Shown piece by piece: positions 12,901 through 64,000 of a DNA stretch of 64,000 bases. This DNA is from Nemertoderma westbladi (Eukaryota > Animalia > Xenacoelomorpha). A program made the translations under genes and the position numbers. The number at the start of each line of letters is the position of its first letter. The stretch's first letter is position 1. The stretch lies in contig JAUCBJ010007177.1 in NCBI GenBank assembly GCA_032718475.1, positions 62,001 through 126,000 on the forward strand, given 5' to 3'. The notes beneath the pieces are model-generated. The model saw only the letters and a list, made by a program, of their open reading frames with translations, had not been told where the DNA came from and made no database searches.

Positions 12901-14404
12901 AGTTAACTGCACGGACGTAATTTTCTGGTATATCTTTCATAATTGGAATACAGTAATGTCCAGTTGATGTAGTATTTAAAGATATGCGTCTGCCAAAAAC
13001 TGTGGCTTCATCAGAATTCAAGTCCAAAGTCATTTGTGCGCGCTTCATAGATTCCCTGGAAAGGAGTAGTGGAATATCGGATTCTACAACATCTGTTCGA
13101 ATTTGAACATCCCGCCCGGCTATAAAAGCTGGAATTAAACATTCAGAAATTGACCTCAGCTTGGTGCCGCCACCAAATTTGAATATTTTGTGACCCTCAT
13201 TCAATTGAATTTTGGATCTGTAAGTATCGCATAAACTGGAAATGTAGTTGTTGATCCAATCCTTTCCACATACAGTGCTGGTACAGGCGCTATCCAATAC
13301 AGCACAATTGGAAGCTTCAACGCCAAGTTGATAAATCTCAGTGGATGATGAGGTCGTAGTGAACACACTTAGCAGAACATCTTCACAATCATACTCCTCC
13401 CATATTTCCGATGGGGTCGTCTTTTCAGACAGGTTTAGTTCTGCAGGCATCATAGAATCGTGAAATTTGTGATCATTATTAGTGTAGTGGACTTTCTCCA
13501 GATTTTCCCAACTATCAGGACAATCTCTTAAAAGATGTCGAAATGAACCACAGCAGCGACATGTAAGAGGTTTTCCATCAGTACCAGCGGGATTCACTTT
13601 CCTGTCTTGGGCTCGAACTGCACTAATTCGGTGACCTGAACAGCCCAAATTACCAGCATCTTTCTTATAACTGGGAGGAACATACCGCCTTGTGGATTCA
13701 AAATGTCCAACGTCCCTCCGAACTCTACCACCACCACCACCACGTTGCCAATTAGGGTTACTCCTAGAGGAATGATAGTAACCAGCAGCCGCTAGTGCCT
13801 CTTCATTTTGGGCAAGAAAGTTTGGTTCAAGTTTAATGGCCGCAGTTTGTAATCCGGATGTTCCCTTGCTAATGAATTTTTTTAAAGACTTTTGTGCTTG
13901 ATCATATAATGTCACCTTCTGAGAATAATCCATTCCGGTGAGTACTAACATTTTTTCTTCTTTAGAAATGGCAGATCTCCTTAATAATTTAAAGGCCAAA
14001 ATTTCTGGAGGGAGACTCATACCAAGTCTCTTTATTCGCTGATATTTCTGATCAAACATTGAAACATATTCTGATATATTGCAGATCTCGTCTCGATGGA
14101 AATCTTCGAAGTCCTCAAATTTTTCGAGACAATCTTCTAAATCGTCTTTACCTAACTTCTCATCTAGGTACTTTATAAGTTCACCTAGTCCATCCTCGCC
14201 CTTTAAATCTTCAATGGAAATCTCATCGAATACTTTCTCTCTAATCTTAGAATCCCCTTCCTCTGGAAGGGATAATGCAATAGCTATACCCTGTTTAGAT
14301 TTAGGAAGATCAGTTATTTCTCGCCAAGCTAATAGTTCTCGTTTATAACGCTCATAACTCTTTGAGTCTTTCTTAAACTCAGGTGGATTCAATCTTAACG
14401 CCAT
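9914..14404 (-). CDS. Ty1/copia (GalEa-like) gag-pol polyprotein, about 1,496 aa, uninterrupted
   Basis: CCHC knuckle CRCCGSFRHLLRDC; protease VLDSAC; integrase HHCC (LHRQFAH…CEVC) and DDE (AIDL, SDNGGEF, NGLCER); RT LVARGFEE, DLKSAFLQG, LYGLNDA, HIDD; RNase H TDAS, AAE, VDNKS, IADCLTK. The PR-IN-RT-RH order is copia-type. First ATG (MALRLNPP) is at 14404. Confidence 0.93.
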   Translation of the reverse strand: MALRLNPPEFKKDSKSYERYKRELLAWREITDLPKSKQGIAIALSLPEEGDSKIREKVFDEISIEDLKGEDGLGELIKYLDEKLGKDDLEDCLEKFEDFEDFHRDEICNISEYVSMFDQKYQRIKRLGMSLPPEILAFKLLRRSAISKEEKMLVLTGMDYSQKVTLYDQAQKSLKKFISKGTSGLQTAAIKLEPNFLAQNEEALAAAGYYHSSRSNPNWQRGGGGGRVRRDVGHFESTRRYVPPSYKKDAGNLGCSGHRISAVRAQDRKVNPAGTDGKPLTCRCCGSFRHLLRDCPDSWENLEKVHYTNNDHKFHDSMMPAELNLSEKTTPSEIWEEYDCEDVLLSVFTTTSSSTEIYQLGVEASNCAVLDSACTSTVCGKDWINNYISSLCDTYRSKIQLNEGHKIFKFGGGTKLRSISECLIPAFIAGRDVQIRTDVVESDIPLLLSRESMKRAQMTLDLNSDEATVFGRRISLNTTSTGHYCIPIMKDIPENYVRAVNFTAMDDKHLHQTILKLHRQFAHPSPKKLINLLKDAKVWQDSCKPIVDDIVEHCEVCKRFKKSPPIPIVGLPMASEFNQVVAIDLKVWEKQWILHMVDVWSRYTVSVFVSSKLPCVIVDKMMTNWLSIFGIMGGIMSDNGGEFNSDEIREVASILNVNLHTTAARAPYQNGLCERNHSITDRMLSKLKEDNPQISEHILLPWANMAKNSLQMWNGFSSHQLVFGKNPKLPCTMTSNPPALEGSTTSKAFANHLNALHATREAFVQSEADERIRRALRHKVRASEQTFQNGDLVYYKHDSKNRWLGPAKVVFQDGKVVFVRHGGVFIRLSPNRLIAINSLEQIPAVQVPDEFKPEAVSKLVDNNCGTIRNTAALTPVLKHTVPTSSTGINNCGLQEMISTIVPSNKDTNVDNNSNNLKSKQKSTNNVNSLPHSAQCIKFLDHDTQQWLTATVMGRAGKASGKYRDWFNVDESNGVQRCIDFGSNPWIQGDATNEVNLVLIPRKEQSSPECQQAKLVELQKLRDFEVYQELPFNGQPCISTRWVLWHKGTEIRARLVARGFEEQIEVATDSPTVAKCTLRTFLAIVSSKKWVLKTTDLKSAFLQGESLVRDVFLNPPQEADAPLGSIWRLNKCLYGLNDAARQFYNSVVEEMLTLGCSQSPLDPALFYFREDGNLCGILVSHIDDFLHAGNQNFELKVIQNLTNRFLAGKEAAHKFTYVGFELCQLPNEIILNQESYLKNIEIKDIPLSLSKSTKNENLGPSDLTMYRSLVGKLNWLVQGSRPDWSFELIDLSTHFRDARMEHLLRIRKILLNVKDRNAFIVFPNLGNPINWYLILFTDASLANLADGMSSTMAFVLYLVGIDNRSCPLSWNVCKIKRVVRSTIAAEALSLQEGLEQSIYTRGVIREIIGDGDSLKIPIRAYVDNKSVVEAIHSTKLVDDKRLRIDIGAIKQSVEKGEIEYVRWCPGSMQIADCLTKKGASGFHLLESIQHGRIDFLQ

Positions 14405-14657
14405 CTCAACATGTATTTTTTTTATACATACCAACACGATAGTAAATTTCGCAATGCCTCCACGCTACGCAATACTGAGTGTAAATTTAACCAATCTAAC
14501 TCCAAGATTGCAAGGCCTTAAATAGAGTACGCTATGATGCAGTACAAACTACCGCCAGCTAGGCAGAACAGTGATTCTTGTTTGTAAGGGAGGTTGGGAT
14601 GGATAAGCCAATCAGGGAACAGGACAGTAATCCTACCATACAATTGTCTACAGAGCC

Positions 14658-14666
14658 GCTCTACCA
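14658..14666 (-). promoter_or_regulatory. Possible degenerate primer-binding site TGGTAGAGC
   Basis: Lies about 255 bp upstream of the gag ATG and equals the initiator-tRNA-Met PBS TGGTAGCAGAGC minus 3 nt. It is short and could be chance. Confidence 0.4.
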
Positions 14667-14786
14667 GAGAGGTCACGTTCCCACGGTAGTAGTTTTTCAG
14701 CTAATCAATATCTAATAATGTCTGACGGCCAAGCATCACCATCGCCCTTATTAATAATTCATTGGGAAGCATTGACCCCTATTAAG

Positions 14787-14930
14787 AGCCGGAGCCGGAT
14801 TAAGCTTATGTGTGGCCCCTAGACATAGACAAATTATTAAGGTGTCTATTAACTATTAAGGTGTCCCCCATTAATGTTTGTGTCCCTCATTAATGTGTGT
14901 CCCTCATTAATAGTTGTGTCCCTCATTAAC
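14787..14930. repeat. Short repeat/transposon-end remnant with about four GTGTCCCTCATTAA units
   Basis: GCCGGATTAAG…GGCCCCTAGAC is followed by about 20-bp tandem copies at 14861-14930. Confidence 0.45.
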
Positions 14931-14937
14931 AAACTCA

Positions 14938-16590
14938 GTAATTAACGTAAATCCGCATTTTACACCCCTTCCCGGATCCAGTAACACTTTGTAATTAACC
15001 TGAATCAATCCGCGTTTTACACCCCTTCCCGGATCTAGTAACACTTGGTAAATAAATTTAATCCGCGTTTTACACCCCTTCCCGGATCCATTAAAACTTG
15101 GTAATTAACGTAAATCCGTGTTTTACACTCCATTCCGGATCCAACAAAACTTGGTAATTAACGAAGATCCGTGTTTTACACTCCATTCCGGATCCAATAA
15201 AACTTGGTAATTAACATAAATCCGTGTTTTACACTCCATTCCGGATCCAATAAAACTTGGTAATTAACGTAAATCCGTGTTTTACACTCCATTTCGGATC
15301 CAACAAAACTTGGTAATTAACGAAAATCCGTATTTTACACTCCATTCCGGATCCAACAAAACTTGGTAATTAACGAAAATCCGTGTTTTACACTCCATTC
15401 CGGATCCATTAAAACTTGGTAATTAACGTAAATCCGTATTTTACACTCCATTCCGGATCCAACAAAACTTGGTAATTAACGAAAATCCGCGTTTTACACC
15501 CCTTCCCGGATCCATTAAAACTTGGTAATTAACGTAAATCCGTGTTTTACACTCCATTCCGGATCCAACAAAACTTGGTAATTAACGAAAATCCGTATTT
15601 TACACTCCATTCCGGATCCAACAAAACTTGGTAATTAACGAAAATCCGCGTTTTACACCCCTTCCCGGATCCATTAAAACTTGGTAATTAACGAAAATCC
15701 GTATTTTACACTCCATTCCGGATCCAACAAAACTTGGTAATTAACGAAAATCCGTGTTTTACACTCCATTCCGGATCCATTAAAACTTGGTAATTAACGA
15801 AAATCCGCGTTTTACACTCCATTCCGGATCCAACAAAATTTGGTAATTAACGTAAATCCGTGTTTTACACTCCATTCCGGATCCATTAAAACTTGGTAAT
15901 TAACGTAAATCCGTGTTTTACACTCCATTCCGGATCCAACAAAATTTGGTAATTAACGAAAATCCGTGTTTTACACTCCATTCCGGATCCAACAAAACTT
16001 GATAATTAACGAAAATCCGTGTTTTACACTCCATTCCGGATCCATTAAAACTTGGTAATTAACGAAAATCCGCGTTTTACACTCCATTCCGGATCCAACA
16101 AAATTTGGTAATTAACGAAAATCCGTGTTTTACACTCCATTCCGGATCCATTAAAACTTGGTAATTAACGTAAATCCGTGTTTTACACTCCATTCCGGAT
16201 CCAACAAAATTTGGTAATTAACGAAAATCCGTGTTTTACACTCCATTCCGGATCCAACAAAACTTGATAATTAACGAAAATCCGTGTTTTACACTCCATT
16301 CCGGATCCATTAAAACTTGGTAATTAACGAAAATCCGCGTTTTACACTCCATTCCGGATCCAACAAAATTTGGTAATTAACGAAAATCCGTGTTTTACAC
16401 TCCATTCCGGATCCAACAAAACTTGATAATTAACTAAAATCCGTGTTTTACACTCCATTCCGGATTCACAAAATATATGAATCCGCGTTTTACACTGCAA
16501 TACGGATTGCGTATTTCAGAATCCGCATATTACACTCAGTTACGGATTGTATGTAAATCCGGATCCGCCTTTTACACTCGCAAATCCGGG
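14938..16590 (-). repeat. Right arm: the same 53-bp repeat in inverted orientation, about 30 copies
   Basis: Units such as AAAACTTGGTAATTAACGTAAATCCGTGTTTTACACTCCATTCCGGATCCA are the reverse complement of the left-arm unit. Confidence 0.95.
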
Positions 16591-16899
16591 TCCTGATCCG
16601 TATCCGGATCCTGAATCCGGATCCGGATCCGCGTTTTACACCTACCCATTTTATTATACCTTTTTTTATTAAAAAATAAATCCTAACATTGCAGTGAATT
16701 TCGTTAAAAATTATTAAGAAATTGCGACGTACCCTACGTTATATAAACAAAAAAGTTGCAGCAAATTAACTATAGGAAACTGATCTTGGCAAGCCTAAAC
16801 CATTGCAATTAATGGGTCGTTACATAAGTACATTGATCAGTTTGTGGTATGCAAGTATTTGAATAGTACCCAAGTACTTGATAAGTATTCAGTAGTGAT

Positions 16900-59924
<43,025 letters not shown>

Positions 59925-61484
59925 TTATAAAATATTTATATATATTTTATTTATTATAGTTAGTTAGTGTCACTAAATCTTTATCACTAAATGTTATTTT
60001 GTTTTTTTTATCTTTAAACCAAATGTTAGGCACCCCCAAATAGGAATATATTAAGGAAAAAGTATGACATATTTTAATTAAATCGCCACTTTTGTTCAAA
60101 TTTTGGATGGGCACATTAAAGTTGATTTTTATTCAATTAACAGCATCTGTTACCCAAAACAACTAACAAGTGGGCCATGTAAAAATATGAAGTCCATGTT
60201 GTAAAGCATTATAGTCAGTTTACCTGCCAACTCCCGAAAATTAAGTTTAGATGGCATTTTTTGTTAATGGTTGGCATCCACCTGATTTTTGTACTTCAAG
60301 ACATGGCGAATCCAGCTAGGCCGGATGCCACCTCTGCATTTTTGATTGAATGCCTTTTTTGGGCTTCAAAGTTTTTTGCTCAAAAATGTTTCTTTTCAAT
60401 TTTAGGATACAAGTTCATGGTGAATGTTAGTGAATCTCGCCTCTTGACCAGTTGATATATTGAAAGTTAATCAAAATGCATCAATATTGTCCTGAAACTG
60501 TTGTTATGAACACTTTGGTATAAAAGAAAATTTCCGAAATTTCCTTGCAGTCCGCCATCCCGGCCCTAGCAACCAACCGCCTTAGCAGCAGATTTATGAA
60601 ATTTAAATTATTAATTGTTTGTCTCACCATTCCTTTTCCTGAAAAAACAACAAACAGTTTTAAAAATTAAAAAACCCATCACACAACTTAAATAACATCC
60701 TGGGAACACATCAAGGGCAATATGAAATCAAATAGCGTCTTATGTCGCAAACACAGGCCCATTATTTGAACTAGAGTAATTTACACAAGTATCAAAATAT
60801 TAAGTTTAAGTGGAGAATTCGTGTCAACGATTTGCTTCCATATTTGTAATTATTTAAAAATATCACTACAGCTAAGTAGCATTGTGATACTTCCCGTCAT
60901 ATTGTACACATTCGGGTGACATTTACAGTCCACGTTACCATAGCAACAGACCAAATAAGACAATTTAATAAGAATTAAATTTACAGAGTATCTATAATGC
61001 AGTTTTCCTTAGTCTACCTTACCAGAGTTTTGAGAAATTAAATGTGACACACGTCGCATAGCTATAACCTTGAACTGTTAGTCAACATCCTATCGTGATT
61101 TGGGGAATATTGTTTACTACAAATATGAATTTTAAAGTATCTCGGGCGTCTATCGAGATCTACAGTTAATAGTTAACTCACTCTAAATTCTGCTAAGATA
61201 TTAGTTTGCAACAGGCAGGTATATCAGACTATGCACCGTCGAGACAGGAGGACACCAATCCCATTTCGGCGAATTATTATTTTGTCTCAATGTTAAATTA
61301 TCAATTTAGGGAAAGGAGCAGTTTACACTGGCACGTTATTCTAACCAAAATAATAAACGAATCTCAATAGAACTGAATTAAGTTTTATTTTTGATAGTAA
61401 TCAGCTGTTATTTGCGTCGATCCTTTGCGTCATTTTGATTGTGATACGGATTTAGTTTTGGAACGGTGGTTTCTTTACGTAATA

Positions 61485-63689
61485 CTGGGAGACACTGACT
61501 GGGAGGTACAGCCCCACCTAGAGACACTGACTGGGAGGTACGGCCCCACCTAGAGAGACACTGACTGGGAGGTACAGCCCCACCTAGAGACACTGACTGG
61601 GAGGTACGGCCCCACCTAGAGACACTGACTGGGAGGTACGGCCCCACCTAGAGAGACACTGACTGGGAGGTACGGCCCCACCTAGAGACACTGACTGGGA
61701 GGTACAGCCCCACCTAGAGACACTGACTGGAAGGTACGGCCCCACCTAGAGACACTGACTGGGAGGTACAGCCCCACCTAGAGACACTGACTGGAAGGTA
61801 CGGCCCCACCTAGAGACACTGATTGGGAGGTACGGCCCACCTAGAGACACTGACTGGGAGGTACGGCCCCACCTAGAGAGACACTGACTGAAGGTACAGC
61901 CCCACCTAGAGACACTGACTGGGAGGTACGGCCCCACCTAGAGACACTGATTGGGAGGTACGGCCCCACCTAGAGTCACTGACTGGGAGGTACGGCCCCA
62001 CCTAGAGACAATGACTGGGAGGTACAGCCCCACCTAGAGACACTGACTGGGAGGTACAGCCCCACCTAGAGACACTGACTGGGAGGTACAGCCCCACCTA
62101 GAGACACTGACTGGGAGGTACGGCCCCACCTAGAGACACTGATTGGGAGGTACGGCCCCACCTAGAGACACTGACTGGGAGGAACGGCTCCACCTAGAGA
62201 CACTGACTGGGAGGTACAGCCCCACCTAGAGACACTGTCTGGGAGGTACAGCCCCACCTAGAGACACTGTCTGGGAGGTACGGCCCCACCTAGAGACACT
62301 GACTGGGAGGTACGGCCCTACCTAGAGACACTGACTGGGAGGTACAGCCCCACCTAGAGACACTGACTGGGAGGTACGGCCCCACCTAGAGACACTGACT
62401 GGGAGGTACGGCCCCACCTAGAGACACTGACTGGGAGGAACGGCTCCACCTAGAGACACTGACTGGGAGGTACAGCCCCACCTAGAGACACTGACTGGAA
62501 GGTACGGCCCCACCTAGAGACACTGACTGGGGGGTACGGCCCCACCTAGAGAGACACTGACTGGGAGGTACGGCCCCACCTAGAGACACTGACAGGGGGG
62601 GGGGGGGGGGGTGGGGGCGGCCCCACCTAGAGACACTGACTGGGAGGTACGGCCCCACCTAGAGTCACTGACTGGGAGGTACGGCCCCACCTAGAGACAC
62701 TGACTGGGGGGTACGGCCCCCACCTAGAGAGACACTGACTGGGAGGTACGGCCCCACCTAGAGACACTGACTGGGAGGTACGGCCCCACCTAGAGACACT
62801 GACTGGGAGGAACGGCTCCACCTAGAGACACTGACTGGGAGGTACAGCCCCACCTAGAGACACTGACTGGAAGGTACGGCCCCACCTAGAGACACTGACT
62901 GGGGGGTACGGCCCCACCTAGAGAGACACTGACTGGGAGGTACGGCCCCACCTAGAGACACTGACTGGGGGGGGGGGGGGGGGACGGCCCCACCTAGAGA
63001 CACTGACTGGGAGGTACGGCCCCACCTAGAGTCACTGACTGGGAGGTACGGCCCCACCTACCCACCTAGAGACACTGACTGGGAGGTACGGCCCCACCTA
63101 GAGACACTGACTGGGAGGTACAGCCCCACCTAGAGACACTGACTGGGAGGTACGGCCCCACCTAGAGACACTGACTGGGAGGAACGGCTCCACCTAGAGA
63201 CACTGACTGGGAGGTACGGCCCCACCTAGAGACACTGTCTGGGAGGTACGGCCCCACCTAGAGACACTGACTGGGAGGTACAGCCCCACCTAGAGACACT
63301 GACTGGAAGGTACGGCCCCACCTAGAGTCACTGACTGGGAGGTACGGCCCCACCTAGAGAGACACTGACTGGGAGGTACGGCCCCACCTAGAGACACTGA
63401 CTGGGAGGTACGGCCCCATCTAGAGACACTGACTGGGAGGTACGGCCCCACCTAGAGACACTGACTGGGAGGTACAGCCCCACCTAGAGACACTGACTGG
63501 GAGGTACGGCCCCATCTAGAGACACTGACTGGGAGGTACGGCCCCACCTAGAGACACTGACTGGGAGGTACAGCCCCACCTAGAGACACTGACTGGAAGG
63601 TACGGCCCCACCTAGAGTCACTGACTGGGAGGTACGGCCCCACCTAGAGAGACACTGACTGGGAGGTACGGCCCCACCTAGAGTCACTG
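61485..63689. repeat. 32-bp minisatellite (GAGACACTGACTGGGAGGTAC(G/A)GCCCCACCTA)n, about 68 copies, in the upstream PRP8 intron
   Basis: Periodicity read directly; there are +2-bp GA variants and two poly-G expansions (about 62595-62617 and 62966-62983). Confidence 0.96.
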
Positions 63690-64000
63690 TGATAAACAAC
63701 CGCGACCTCTATACTAACAGCAGAACTGTTGAACAGACCAATACCCGTTAATATCCTTCTGCCAACCTAATAAGCTCTCGCCTATCCAATAAGACACAAA
63801 GACTGCTCTACTGTTAAGTAAAGGGGATCAGGAGTGTGCTATTACTAAATTGTAAGGGTTGCTAAATACAAAACCGCTACTTACCGTTAGATGGCGCTAA
63901 TCTGCCGTCCACTAATATATTTTACTAATTTTACACAACTCCTGCAAAATCGCTTGTTCCTTTCTCTACCGATTGCTCAATAGAGAGCTAACTGTTCGAA

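Larger units (their letters stand above)
6598..16647. mobile_element. 10,050-bp foldback/Mutator-like (MULE-type) element: long tandem-repeat TIRs, 9-bp TSD, no recognisable transposase, copia cargo
   Basis: Left end GGGTCAGAGTAAAACGCGGATCCGGATC; right end (reverse complement) GGGTAGGTGTAAAACGCGGATCCGGATC. Direct repeat ATTTTATTA at 6589-6597 and 16648-16656. The MULE assignment is inferred from the 9-bp TSD, G-start termini and modular TIRs. Confidence 0.85.

Noticed and set aside
10287-14348. Small ORFs within the copia region
   Set aside because: Shadow frames of the polyprotein.
6720-16590. 53-bp arrays as the LTRs of the copia element
   Set aside because: They are inverted rather than direct, tandemly repetitive, and bounded by a 9-bp TSD.
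60261-60455. 64-aa plus-strand ORF
   Set aside because: Short, intronic, non-ATG start, with no recognisable similarity.
61408-63057. Repetitive ORFs (SQSVSLGGAVPP…)
   Set aside because: Translations of the 32-bp minisatellite with non-ATG starts; they do not match the expected upstream PRP8 exon.
63883-63900. CTCF-like motif CCGTTAGATGGCGCTA
   Set aside because: A single short imperfect match that cannot be supported from sequence alone.

Overview
Eukaryotic (animal) genomic DNA lying inside the minus-strand spliceosomal gene PRP8/PRPF8. Two coding exons are present: 59912-59721 (192 bp) and 5663-2595 (3,069 bp), separated by a 54,057-bp intron. About 43 kb of that intron is a tandem array of roughly 900-950 units of 37-47 bp. 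Each unit copies the last codons of the upstream exon plus its own 5' splice site (AG|GTTAGT), and using any donor but the first would truncate PRP8. The same intron holds a 10,050-bp foldback/Mutator-like element with a perfect 9-bp target-site duplication and inverted arms of 53-bp repeats. Its main cargo is an intact GalEa-like Ty1/copia polyprotein with a putative 3' LTR but no 5' LTR, and no transposase is visible. A 262-bp palindromic MITE also lies in this intron. The flanking introns contain 28-bp and 32-bp minisatellites, an L2-type LINE fragment and a tRNA-derived SINE. Copy numbers are estimates from length divided by unit size.
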